Shown: positions 1-11,949 of the stretch, piece after piece
How the letters are laid out: every line of letters starts with the position of its first letter
Numbering within the stretch: position 1 is the stretch's first letter
Assembly: GCF_001194135.2 (NCBI RefSeq)
Contig: NC_068993.1
Location: 23,572,024-23,636,023, forward strand
DNA from: Octopus bimaculoides
Lineage: Eukaryota
Length of the DNA stretch: 64,000 nucleotides
Direction of reading: 5' to 3'
Program-made: the position numbers and the translations under genes
Notes under the pieces: model-generated
What the model saw: the letters and a program-made list of their open reading frames with translations, nothing else
The model's database searches: none
Told to the model about the DNA's origin: nothing

Positions 1-15
1 ATTCTCTTCTAATCC

Positions 16-95
<80 letters not shown>
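16..95. repeat. (ATT)n microsatellite
   Basis: About 26 perfect ATT units directly visible. Confidence 0.98.
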
Positions 96-325
96 GAGGT
101 GGTGAGCTGGCAGAATCTTTGGTCCAACCGGGCGAAATGCTTAGCAGTATTTCGTCTGTCTTTACATTCTGAGTTGAAGTTCCATCGAGGTTAACTGCCT
201 TTCATTCTTTTCAGGTCGATAAACTAAGTAGCTGTGAAGCACTGGGGTCGATGTGATCGACTACTGCCGCCCCTTTCCCCTTCCAAAATAAATTTATCAG
301 CCTTATGTCTTTAGTGTAAACGATT
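96..325 (+). mobile_element. tRNA-derived SINE, family A (GAGCTGGCAGAATC...GGGGTCGAT type)
   Basis: Head gaggtggtgagctggcagaatc, internal gggcgaaatgcttagc and cactggggtcgatgtgatcgac. The same sequence recurs at 19120-19560, 42300-42501, 45368-45575, 54350-54560, 56450-56632 and 61285-61495. Confidence 0.8.
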
Positions 326-429
326 ATCAACTATTATGGTTATTATTATATAATTATTCAACATTTGGTAGTTTCAAAACAATTTCTATCGTATCACCGG
401 CTACACCTGCGTGTTGCNNNNNNNNNNGG

Positions 430-3260
430 GGGGGGTGCAACATTGTGTGTTCTTACCTGTTGTTGGGAGTGTGAAAACGCTTCCTGCTATTGCGGGGTGG
501 TGCAGTATTTTGTTGTATTACTGCTTGTATTGTGTGTTGACTATTTAATGCATTGGTTATCTAACTTGCTCGTGAAGTATATTTCACTGGATACTTGCTG
601 TATTGAGTGTCTCTTGTGTGTGTGGGTCGTCTCTTTTACGTTGTATTATTGAATTGACGGTGTCATGCTTAGACTGTGGGCTTATCCTAGCAGGACTATT
701 TTTTGGATAGTGTGTAATGTTGAGGATCCAAGCATAACTTCTACGTTTTTGTTCATATGATTTTTTATGATACCCAACACTCCAAATATTATTGTCATTG
801 TTTTCACTTACATATCCCATATGTTGAATACTTCAACTTCTTTGAGCTTTGACAATTCCTCCACTTACTTTTGGACAATATTTTGGTCAGAGGAGATTCC
901 GATATCTGTCAGTAAGTAAGTGATTTTGTTACCAATCACTGATTATTATGTATGGGCAATTAGCTTTTCTTTTTTATTTGTCGATTGAACCGGCATATGA
1001 CAGATGATCGTGGCCTGGTCGTTGTCTTTCCCCTTGTTTATACCACCTATTGTCAGTGTGAATGTAGTAATGTTGGCATATTGTCCAATGGATAGAAATA
1101 CTTACTCGGTTGTGTCTGTACATATATTCAGATTTAGAAAAGACTGGACAGCCACAAATCATGTGATAAACTGTCTCATTGTGCTGGTTGCCCATTCTGC
1201 TTCTAGTGTTAGTGCCAGTTTTCATTATTTTCTTTTTATAAGTCTTTGTAGTCAGTCATTGGTCTTTTGCAGCGAAAATCAGTCCTTCCATTTCAACTTT
1301 TAGTCTCACTTCTTCTCCGTCAAGCCTTGCAGGGTATTGACCAATGAGTGACATTTTCGTCTCCATTTCTTCTTTAGTATTTTTTGTAATTCTGTTTTCA
1401 TGTTGTTCTTTGACTCTTTGACCATTTCTGCTATGTCATCTGCGGTCAGCTTATCAGTAGTTTGTTTTGTACTTTGTCGCGCTCTTGTGTATAGAGAAAA
1501 GCGTTTGCTTTTTCACGTGTTGCTTTATTACATGTTGCAGTTTTCCACTTTTTGTTTCTCAGTAGATTCCTCGGCCAGTTGTGGTTACTTTATAATAGTA
1601 CTCTATGTGTATCAGGCCACGGTCCCCTTTCTGAGTGGGGTAGATATATTCTGTCTGCATCTGCTTTGGGTTCGGGACTTCGGAAGACTGTTAATAGTTA
1701 TTTCTATCTAGGTTTCTCATTTCACTGATCTTCCAGTTTATTATGTTCAAACTGTAATTTATGGCAGGTGTGGCGAGCGTGTTTCTTCCTACTATCTTAT
1801 CTATAGGATTAAGTCTAATGTTTAATATTAGTCTAACTCTTCTGTAATATTCTCTCCTAATTTTCTTGTTCATTTTTGTGCGTTGTATTGTAGCTGTTTC
1901 GTCTATTCTTAGATATTTGTACGGGCGATCTTGGTCTAATTCTCTGATTTTTGTGTCTATGTCGAGTGCAGTGTTTTCAGTGCTGATTAATTTGTCTCTT
2001 CTCAGTGTGGCTCTGGCACATTTTCCAGCCTCATACTCAATCCGGTATCTTTGTTTAAACTATGGACAATTTTGAGAAGATTTCTCTGTTTCATGGTGCT
2101 TGTAGGGAAAATTTTAAAGTCATCTATGCACAGGCGATGCTTTGTTGTTTGTCCATAGCACGCATAACTCACATTGTTTTTGCTTTAATAAGTTTGTTAG
2201 CGGGATCAGAGTAATGCGAGTCATTTTTTGATGTTATACAGATTTTCCAGATTGCCAGTACATAATTAATATATTTTAGTAGCGTTGGAGCTACTTTATT
2301 TGTGTGGACAAACTCCAGTATCCATGAGTGTGAAACACTGTCGTCTGCTTTCTGGTAATCGATGCAAGTCATGTTCCGGTTTGTCCTTTTCCTCTTACAG
2401 TTCTCTTTAAAAACTCAGTTTACAAGATGTTTCTCATTTCAACCATACATCCCTCTCCGACATCGCTTTTTTTCTTCTGTTAAAACATTGTTGTTACAGG
2501 TGTTTTATAAGCCAGTTATATATGATTGGTGTTAGAGTTTTTAGGATGTTGACAGGCATATTGTTGGTTTAAAATTTTGTATGTGTAAGGTGCCTTTGTT
2601 TTTGTGAATTAGGGTGGTCTGTCTTTCCAGCATCCAGTTTGGTATTGACTCTGGCTCGCTTATCAATTAATTGAATGCTGCCGTTAATAGGTATGGGTAC
2701 TGGTGAGGTGTTTCAACTAGAAGTTGGGGACGTTGTTGGAGACTCTGGAATTTTCAAGTTGCTGGTACTCCTTAGTGGGTCCCTGATCTCTTAGCCTGTG
2801 ATGGTGGGGCATATCTGTGGTTCTATTTGGTTTTTCTGTTCCTATTCCCTATTAATCCACTGAGCATATTTGCTGTTTTTCCCTTTTTTTTTTTTTTTTT
2901 TTGGTTTGCTCCATATTGCTTCCAAATATGATTGAATCGCTGATGTTGTCGACATGACAGCTATTGATACAGATTTTTCGTTTAACTTTCTGTAAGAACA
3001 TTTTGTGCTTCTTTAGTTGAAAGACGCGTTCCTGTTTTTCATTCCGCTTTATGCGGCAAGTTTTGCTGCTAACCCCTGCTTAATTTTTTCTTTTACCTCT
3101 CAGGATTCTTTATTTTTATGTTGTATTGGTTTGTTATATATTTTCTTTTTCTTTTCATATTTGATCCCTTTATCTCTAGTTCACAAAGTAGTGATCAATC
3201 TTTCTTTTGTTTTTGAATTTTATCATGATCTCTTTCCATTTTGGGTTTTGAGATTTGGCT
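430..3260 (-). mobile_element. R4/Dong-like RLE non-LTR retrotransposon, 5'-truncated and frameshifted
   Basis: Minus-strand fragments: RT CIDYQKADDSVSHSWI (2169-2372), thumb region EYYRRVRLIL...NTLATPAINYS (1691-1873), CCHC knuckle ETVYHMICGCP...RHNRV...IHWTIC (974-1225), C-terminal end near 650-820. Confidence 0.88.
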
Positions 3261-3284
3261 GAGATTTTTTATTATTTTTCTTGT

Positions 3285-3795
3285 GTGAGAAAGCAGCGCA
3301 TACCATCAACGTGACGCTGGGGTACATATATAAGAGACTAATACGTGACCACACGTCTCATAAGAGTACACAAGGCACATGCATCACACTCATGTGTGCG
3401 TCAAATGGTGATCTCATATGAAGATAAACAGCGTATGAGCTTGCAAGTGGGGCCTAGTTAGAATGGTCGAGTAGCCCATCCTTCTCAAAAGATCTCCGAT
3501 TAAAAATTGTGTAAGGATGATCAAGAAAACACCTATGTTTCCAGTGGTGAATTATTCAAACCCCAAAGAAATTCTCTCGACACATGGGTATGATGCTCCC
3601 CTACTACCTCCGTTCGTGATCATAGATACATATCGTCATCCACTAAGAGATGGTTACGGTCAAACAACTGAGCAGCAAATATGTGGTAATGAGCAGAGTA
3701 TTTGTTTTATACCAAGATACGACAATATACATAACACTTCCAATCAGTTAAGATCAAAAGCCATGAGATGAATCACCTGGAATTGAATCAGGGCA
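3285..3795 (-). mobile_element. ~520-bp non-coding interspersed repeat (family B)
   Basis: Reverse complement matches 41745-42290 along its length, e.g. ataacacttccaatcagttaagat vs atcttaactgattggaagtgttat. Confidence 0.75.
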
Positions 3796-4189
3796 TAGGT
3801 ACTGCATCAGGGCATCACAGTACTGCATAAGGACATTAATATTATGGTTATTACTCGTGGTACCCGTGGAATTTCCATGACCCATTTAATAGAATGTTGA
3901 GTATATAATAACTTTGTCTATGTATATGTATGTATAAAAAATATCGCATTGAAGAAAGGAGTAATTAAAATCTCTACATATATGATAGAATGAGATACTT
4001 GGGAGTGTCCAACATGTGTGCAAAGATTGCCAGTGCCAATCAGTCAATGGTACTCCCACACTCAACATAGAGCTATGCCAGTTTCCTTCCATATAAATGT
4101 AGAAAACAATAGACCTATATATGCACAAAACTATATAATACAAGCCACACATAAATACATTCCTCTCTTGAAAGATATTTATTTAAGTT

Positions 4190-4192
4190 ATA

Positions 4193-4227
<35 letters not shown>
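4190..4227. repeat. (TA)n microsatellite
   Basis: Directly visible. Confidence 0.97.
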
Positions 4228-4230
<3 letters not shown>

Positions 4231-4860
4231 TAAACCATGGACACATACCTAATGCAATCAAACACTCCACACCTTTAAGTCAGTAGTTCTCAGCAGATAA
4301 TGTATTTAGTAGCAGTTCGCCCTCTTCTCCTTCCTTGTCTGTCTGTCTCCATCATTTAACCCTTGCATCTGAGAGTTTGCATGTTCTAGAGTATGCCACA
4401 TACCACTGCCCGTGACTGTACACTAGCAGAGGTAAGAACAATCCCACCTTCTCAAATGTCTGCCCTGTAACGTGTTGATAGTCATGGCATATGACAAACG
4501 GACAGCAACTTGGGTGGTTTAGGGTCGCTTAGAGTCAGCTTTATTCTGGGGATGAGGACTTGACTGAATGCTGATGCATGGCCACCACTTCTAATCTTGT
4601 ACTGTTGCATAGTCCACTCTGGATAGGAATGTTACACAGAAGCACTACTATTTAGCCGAGTTTTAAATTCACTTTATGGGGAGGCATTCCTGATGATGTG
4701 AATGAGTATAGAAATTCAAGTGGATAGCGCTAAGCCTCAGCAGGATCATCTGTCAAAACTTTATCTCTACTATAATAGGTACGGCAGTCACCTGGAAGTC
4801 GTCTCTGAGAACTTTGGCGAAACAATTACTGTTTCTTCTCTCATCCCCAATAAAAGAAAT

Positions 4861-5065
4861 CACCATCATCATCATCATCAGCATCATCATTATTATTATT
4901 ATTATTATCATTATTATTATTACTATTATTGCTATTGTTGTTGTTGTTCTTGTTATACTAATATTAATGTTGTTTTTGTTGTAGTTGTCATTTTTATCAC
5001 CACCACCGTCACCACCACCACATCTTCATCGTTGTCGTCGTCGTCATCGTCATCCTCATCATCAC
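4861..5065. repeat. Compound trinucleotide low-complexity tract (CAT/TAT/GTT/CAC/TCG)
   Basis: Directly visible; produces the spurious poly-H/Y/C/V/T/S ORF 4702-5118. Confidence 0.9.
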
Positions 5066-5114
5066 TCTCATTATTTCAAAGATGTTACATGCCAGTTTTA
5101 ATTGCAGTGTTTTG

Positions 5115-6430
5115 TTGACAGCGATCCGCCTCAAATCTTTAGAATTTCTTTTAGGGTTCTTTCAGAATACTGGATTGTGCATGTCCGCAAGTCGACAATG
5201 GAGGTCACGCTTCCAATAATTTTCACTTTCGCAGATAGCATTTTCAGTGGTGTATCAAGTGCGCCAAATAACAAAGGTATAATTGCTGTCTTAGTCTACC
5301 ACGATCTCTTTTTCTCTGGCCAGGATCTCTTAATTCTCAATTTTCTCAATTATTACTTTTTACTTTTATCATTATTATCTAATAGCATCTTCAAATGTTA
5401 TATGTTTAACCTATAAGCTTGATACCAAGTCACAACTTGTTTCCTTAGATATCGAAAACTTATCGAACTATCCTATGGAGTAGGTTTCTGTGTTAATGCA
5501 ATTCCTGTGGTTATACCAATCTCAGTAAAGAAACAATAAAATCTACATAAAGTGCCTTTAACTACAGATTACTTTTGCAGAAAATATGCGCAGTCTTTGT
5601 ATTACCATTGATAAATTATTTTATTTTCCCACTACATTCCTATCAGCAGATACAACCACGTCTAATATAATGTTCTCACTACACCCTCTCCCCAAAATCT
5701 GATAATTTTGCTTGAATGTCGTCTTCAGTCTGTACAGTGAATTCCTGTAAGACTTTGAACTCATCATTCTGTGTTATACACTCCTATTGGTGCTGGAATA
5801 ATTTTCTGCTTCCTTCAAAATCTCGTTGACAAAATATGTCACACTGCAATGCCTTGGCTACAGAATTGTGTTTGTATGTATATTCTCTCTTAGGAGGAGA
5901 AGAACGTTTGCGCATAATGGACACATTTTTCCTCGTTACATCTTATACACTTAACATTTTCTACGGTTGTGTCTATTCTTGCATTAATGGCATCCGTTCG
6001 TAATGAGACCTTGTTTCTATCTTGAGTTTGCCATTTTCACTCATAATCAATACTCGCCTCCTTGCGATTGTCTGAGAGGCTGAACATGAAGCAGTTTTCC
6101 ACAGATATTTCTTCCTCGCTCCTGTTTTCTTTTCTTCTTGTGTTCTTCCGCAGTTTGCACTGCTTCTTTCTTCTCTCATCTGAATGCTGAAAATGGTTCT
6201 TCTGTGCCACGTTCTGACATATCCAGGCAATCTCCTATTGGTATCAGTCCACTCATTCCTTCCTTCTTTCCTTTCTTCCTTTCTTCCTCCCATCCATCCA
6301 TCCTTCCTTCCTTCCTTCCTTCCTTCCTTCCTTCCTTCCTTCCGTTGTAGGACTCTTGCTTTTCTGACTTTACATTCTATGTCTCTTATTTCTTCCATTT
6401 CCAGCACCATTCCATACCGTAGCTTCTCTT
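5115..6430 (-). mobile_element. R4/Dong-like RLE LINE 3' part, decayed, interrupted by a (GGAA)n tract and other DNA
   Basis: Minus-strand reading gives GKLKIET, RTDAINARIDTTVENVKCIRCNE, REYTYKHNSVAKALQ, QNDEFKVLQEFTVQTEDDIQA and IIPLLFGALD, the usual order of R4 C-terminal knuckle and RLE motifs. Confidence 0.72.
6255..6343. repeat. (TTCC)n/(TCCA)n tetranucleotide tract
   Basis: Directly visible. Confidence 0.93.
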
Positions 6431-6479
6431 CAACAAATTACGAACTCAATGCTTAGTGCCTATTCTCGGATCGAAGTAA

Positions 6480-7260
6480 ACCATCGAAAAACTGAAGTTC
6501 TCCGGTCAGACTTCCAGTACTCAGCTATTCCTATCGCAGGTAGACTAATTCTGCTATCTTGGAAACACAATTTCTTACACTGGATTCTTTGACGAGAAGA
6601 TACTCCGTCGGATCAACTTGGCCTGTGCATCTTTCATGAAACTACGAGGATGAGTCTTTCAGAACCAGAAATTAACAGCAAGCACAACATTTCCGCTTAT
6701 CGAGCTGTGTCTGTGTCCACCCTCCTGTATGGGTCTGACTGCTGGACACATCAGAAAATTGGAATCCAAAGTAGCCTCTGTCTCACGTGAAAGGACAAAG
6801 AATCGCATACCGAAATTCTCCTGGGGGCTGGAATTCATAGCGTTGAGGCCTGCATCCTTCATAGTCTTCTCTGCTGAATTTGCCATCTGATTCTGATACC
6901 AGGTAACAAACTCACATAGATGGTTTTCTTCAGCAAGATCGAAAGTGGAAGTAGGTTTCATAGACGTCCAAAACTTCGTTTTCATGGTCATCCTTAGCTG
7001 TCTCTCATTTTGTGCAGTATCCCACCAATCGGTTGGAGCCCCTGGTTGTTAATCAGAGGGCATGGCGGATGTGTGACGCTGGAGTTGAGCACATTGAAAC
7101 CGAACGGAGAAGGCTGCATGAACAGAGGCGGAGAATTCTTATTCGGGGTCACTTTCAGTGCCCTCCGTGCCACGTGACCGACCTATCCCGTATCGCTCTT
7201 GTCAGCCACATCCGTATCTATGAGAATCAACGTGCTGGACGCGGAGGAGAATGAATGTTT
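6480..7260 (+). mobile_element. RTE (BovB-like) LINE 3' fragment
   Basis: YLG...SLDE.I.RRINLACASF.KLR...FQNQK, STLLYGSDCWT, and C-terminal C2H2-like FQCPPCHVTDLSRIALVSHIRIYE (ORF 7012-7254). Confidence 0.82.
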
Positions 7261-7329
7261 TGCATCAACGCTATCATCACCTCTGGTGCGCTATCAAAAT
7301 TTAGTAGTCTATTTTCAGAAAGCACTAAA

Positions 7330-7640
7330 ATATCGTATTAGAGATTCCACCTATTATTTGTTTTAGAGGCCGACTTTACTTTTCATCGCTTCGGGTTAGA
7401 TAAAATAGTTAACAGTCAAGCCCTGGAGTGATTGACCTCTAACATTGCTGGCTTTGCACAAAAATATAAAATCATTATTTTAATATTTGTTAGGCTAGTA
7501 AGCTGGCAGAATTGCTGTTGTGTCGATGGAAACGTTTTGCGATATTTATTCAGTTTCTATACATTCTGTCGAGGTTAAGTTCGCCATTCTTCTATTAGGG
7601 GTCGATACACAAAGGTACTAGACAAGTATTGTGATAGAGT
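7330..7640 (+). mobile_element. Two heavily decayed family-A SINE fragments
   Basis: gccgactttacttttcatcgcttcggg (about 7370) and agctggcagaattg...aggggtcgatac (7500-7610). Confidence 0.5.
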
Positions 7641-8849
7641 TAATTTCCAGGCGCCTCCTTCAAACTGCTAACTTCTGCCTAATTTAGAAACTAGTAAATT
7701 TTCTTTTTCTCTTATCTTCTTTTGAGTGCTGCTTTCTTTCGTGTCACTCGTAATTTTTTTTTTAATCATCAGATTTCATGCCCATTTCAATGAAGTTGAC
7801 AATGTATTCATAGAGAAAGGATGATTTATTACTGGTACTTCTTCTTTGAGAAAAAAATCCTAATTCCTCAAAGAAATATTTTTTCCTGTCCTGAGGCATG
7901 TCAGTCATAACGACTAAAGCAGTGTTCATCATGAAAATTACAGACAAATACCTCTTAAAAAAATAAGTCATATAAACAACAATGAATATCTGTACTTTAA
8001 AAATACGAACAAAGAAATGCAGCTGACAATAGCAAATGCATACCGCATAGAAATATTCTCACTCAAAATGCCAATAGAGAATTAAAAATAAGAAACGTTA
8101 CTCTTTTGCTTCACTTTTCAGCAGTGAGGTAATTTGGAAAATGGCTCAACGTATGAAAAGAAAAAAATGATAACATAGTACAAATATGTGACCATATCAA
8201 AATCTCCATTTGAATAGTGTCACTCATAACCTTAATATAACACAAAGAATAAAAATAAAATAAAATCTCCAACTAACAAATTTATTACGGAGGCGATAAA
8301 AGGCATTTACCACTTCCACCAGAGAATTTCATATCTGAACGACTTTATCCAAGGAGCCCTTACCCACTTGTCAGCTCAGATATATCTGAAGATCCAAACT
8401 AAAACACACACCCAGGATAATAGATGTACATTTCACAGTTAGTAGAAGGTCCATCAAATTACCTGGATTAATGCTTACAATTTTCACCTTCACCTTTCTT
8501 TAGCATGAAGACGAGTTCCTAAATTTCAATGGCATGCTACACCACTGCAGTAATTCATCTGTATATGCCAATGTGTATAGCTGTTGACATAACACAGGAA
8601 GCATCATCCAAAGTCAAAGGTACAAAGGTTCTATTTCACAGCAAATAAAACCTCTGCACCTTTATCCAGCTTGAAACGTCCTATAAAATTTCAACGATAG
8701 GATTCCAAATGTAGATTTAAAGTAACATCGGCTGAATAATACATCTGACAAGTCAACACGAACAATGTAAGAAACTGCACGTAATCTCAAAGGAGGTATA
8801 TAAATATAGATGAGGGCTTAACCTTCCTCATTATGATATTGATAATGAG

Positions 8850-9075
8850 AACACAACAATCACTGAGGAAGCAAAAATGTGCAAGACAAATTCAAAACAG
8901 GAAAGCTTGAAGGAAATGTTGAGACAGTGGCAAAAAAATACATTGCATGGGAAATGCACCAAATGAGATAGGGAAACTGATGAAATATGAAAAGAACATA
9001 TCAGAGTTTGCTGAGCAAAGAGAAGCTGATAGAGAAGGATTTTTTCGGGTGGCACCACATCAGATTTTCCTCACA
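8850..9075 (+). mobile_element. R4-like RLE LINE fragment
   Basis: WQKNTLHGK ... EGFFRVAPHQIFLTR resembles the R4 W..K.LHG / ETEG...AAQDQ.L.TR block. Confidence 0.6.
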
Positions 9076-9600
9076 CGGGTTTTTCTTTTGTTTCTGGGAG
9101 TGCAAACAGATGCGGGTGCTTGTGGATGGTAGAAAACCCAGATTTTACATTAGAGGCAAGACCGACCACAAAAGCTTTCTGCCCCACTGTGGGTAAGTCG
9201 AGAAAAGTACCAAACGTCGCTTCAATATTTCCAGAGCCCAATCCGTAGCGATCCCAACGAGGGAATTAGCAACAACCACGTCAAACACAGGAGCAGATAG
9301 AAAATAAAGACATCGGAAATACTACGGACGCCTCGGATATAGAAGAAACCTCGGAGAAGTCAAAACCACCCGAGTGGAGGATCGTTAAGCGATCCCCAAA
9401 CGAAAATTAGGGAGATCAACAACGACGACCACAACAACAACGACAACTTTATTATCATCATCAACACGAAATAAACCAACTACAGCCACACCAAGAACTG
9501 AAACAGCATTCTTAGCAACAGACATAGACATAACAGGATCAAAAACAGGGGAGCCCCCCCCCCCCACAAAAAAATGCATCAAACATCAGTTGTTTTCACT
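9075..9600 (+). mobile_element. Tx1/L1-like ORF1 (gag-knuckle) fragment
   Basis: QMRVLVDGRKPRFYIRGKTDHKSFLPHC is homologous to 34566-34650 (MRVVVECRKLRCHTSGKTGHLKAFCP). Downstream DNA also aligns with 34780-35120. Confidence 0.6.
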
Positions 9601-9951
9601 CTCAATCATACTTTTATTCTTTGTTCTGTTCCTTCCAACTCAACAGCAGCAACATACAAATCTTTGCTCTCAGGCGAGCCCCCCTCCCAACCAACATCAG
9701 CCACACTGCCATAGTATATATTATATAATCGTGCTGTGAGGCACACACATCCTCTTCTACCACATCCTTCTCATTCTCTCTGACCATGATTTTTGATCGG
9801 TCACGTGACATTCCCAACACACTACAACCATGAAATGAGGCGGCGACAATATCACAAAGCACCACGCTGCGGGGCCTGTTAAATAGACACCTAACTCCCA
9901 ACGGATATATTAATAGTTATGCCTTTTAAGCCTTTGCCGCTTAAGATAGCA

Positions 9952-9952
<1 letters not shown>

Positions 9953-9991
<39 letters not shown>
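9953..9991. repeat. (AAT)n microsatellite
   Basis: Directly visible. Confidence 0.97.
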
Positions 9992-9993
<2 letters not shown>

Positions 9994-10679
9994 GCAACAA
10001 CAAGGACAACACAGGGAGATTTTAACATGTGCGAGTGATAAAAACAGTGCTCCCAAATCTATCCAAAATCATCTCCATTACTCGTACATGTGTAAGCACG
10101 CTGGCCACATTACGGTTCAAGTCAACATTATTGTTCAAATCAATTTTACGGTTCAAATCGACAAGGAAAACAAACAGTAAGTATGTACTCTAAACTTATT
10201 ATACAAAAAGTACGAAAAACTACACGTGCAAAACCATTTAACATTAGCAATAAAGAGACCGATACCCGACGAAAATGATGACCATCAAAACATTGGGCCA
10301 GACGTTATTCCTCACGTCTCAATGAAAATCAAAAAGACATAAATGGACAGGTGAGGAATATATTTCAATCCTACACACTCATTTTACAGCTGTGCACTAG
10401 TCACAGAACGAAAACGCAACAACATATACATATAAAATCTGGAAGAAATATAGCCTAAATAAAGATTTCCATATAGCAATAAACCCTAATAAACTAGCTA
10501 ACGTACGGAGATATAATCCCAAAACAAAAACAATATCAGAAATAGAATTAGAGCACATAAAAGGAAAACTATTTCAGGAAAACGTAGATAATGACGACAC
10601 AACAATGCCAAATAATATCATAAGCACTGGGGCAGTAAAATACGAAGACAGATGTAACATGTTCAACAAAAACAAAATA

Positions 10680-10756
10680 AGACAACAAATTAAACAAAGT
10701 AAGCAACGAAAGACAACAAATTAAACAAAGTAAGCAACGAAAGACAACAAATTAAA
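10680..10756. repeat. 31-bp tandem repeat, 2.5 copies (agacaacaaattaaacaaagtaagcaacgaa)
   Basis: Identical units at 10680 and 10711, partial unit at 10742. Confidence 0.93.
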
Positions 10757-11459
10757 AAAGGTATCATCATTTTGGTAAAATATTGACACACTAGAATACT
10801 TTAAAAAAGGAGAACCGGAACTACTAATATTGCTAAAATGTCATGCAAAGGAGAATAGTATATATGATAGGCAAATTCATTAAGTAAAAAATAAGCATTG
10901 CGTCAAGTCTAAAAATGTGAAGATTTGGCAATAACTTAGGTAATAATTCAAGCAAATTTTACTGTGAATTTGCTGTTATAAGTAGATTTTACTGTAATAT
11001 ATAACGATTTTTTTTTATTATTCTAGTTATCATACTAACTAATTATGTATTACTATTATGTCTTATAACCTATTTTCAAATTTCTAATTATTAATTAATC
11101 ATTAAAAAAATGAATTGTTTTAGAGAGCAAAAAATATTTTGACTTATTTTTTTTTACTTTTCATAGAAGTAACAAGTAATAACAAATAGAAGTAATAACT
11201 TGTCATAGAATTTTTAGTTTTAATAAAAGCTAATATTTTCTAAATCTAAATATTTTATTTGAAATGTTATTCCTAGCTGCAATATTCTAATTAGAAAGTT
11301 TCTTCTTCTGTACTCTACCAGATGTAATAACTGGTCTTGAACTTTTCTAAGTGTAATAACTTGTCCTCTACTTTTCCAGGTTTATAATCTTAAGAATATT
11401 ATTTCTCTTGTTCGAATTTTTCCATGTAATACAAAAGATGTAGCATCTTAAAAGGAGAA

Positions 11460-11842
11460 CTGTTCCTGTTATTGTAGGTACCCTTGGTATGATAAAAAGG
11501 TATATCAGAAACATCTAGACAAGATCCCAGGCGAACCATGTCTCAGAGAAATTCAAAAGACTCTGCTGATAAATACTGCCCACATCCTTAGAAAAATCCC
11601 CATCATTTTAATTGTCTGTGTGGTAGTACATGAAGATATTTCACTACCTCCCCTCCCCAAGCTTTCAGTTATACTGCAACACATCTTATCCTCCACTTGC
11701 CGCCGGACGTTGGTTGTGTCTCGGCAAGTGACTATAATAAGGATGCAGATTAAAAGTGAAGAAGAAGAAGAAGAAGAAGAAGAAGAAGAAGAAGAAGAAG
11801 AAGAAGAAGAAGAAGAAGAAGAAGAAGAAGAAGAAGAAGAAT
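11460..11842 (+). mobile_element. RLE LINE 3' end with 3' UTR, ending at a (GAA)n tract
   Basis: VPVIVGTLGMIK...KIPGEPCLREIQKTLLINTAHILRKI, then about 150 bp UTR and (GAA)n at 11758-11842. Confidence 0.8.
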
Positions 11843-11949
11843 ATCAATGCTGGAGACGTGAAAGAAGTCGAGTACCTTTCACTTATTAAATGCCTCAAAA
11901 GCCTGCGCTAAATATAGGCACTGATAGTGACGTGTAACTCCTGGCCTTC

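Noticed and set aside
4680-4735. ctgatga...gaaa hammerhead-like motif
   Set aside because: Stem II is weak and there is no stem III/UH/stem I pairing.
4702-5118. 138-aa ORF with poly-H/Y/C/T/S runs
   Set aside because: Translation of compound trinucleotide microsatellites; the same applies to ORFs at 11620-11898, 31545-32713, 36127-36795, 39916-40276, 41538-41766 and 43902-44243.
5973-6410. ORF initially read as a gag-like zinc-knuckle ORF1
   Set aside because: Flanking frames give R4 C-terminal motifs in the correct order; it is decayed R4 sequence with a (GGAA)n insertion.
10680-10756. CRISPR-like array (31-bp repeats); also the 152-bp array
   Set aside because: Repeats are directly adjacent with no unique spacers, in eukaryotic DNA without cas genes.
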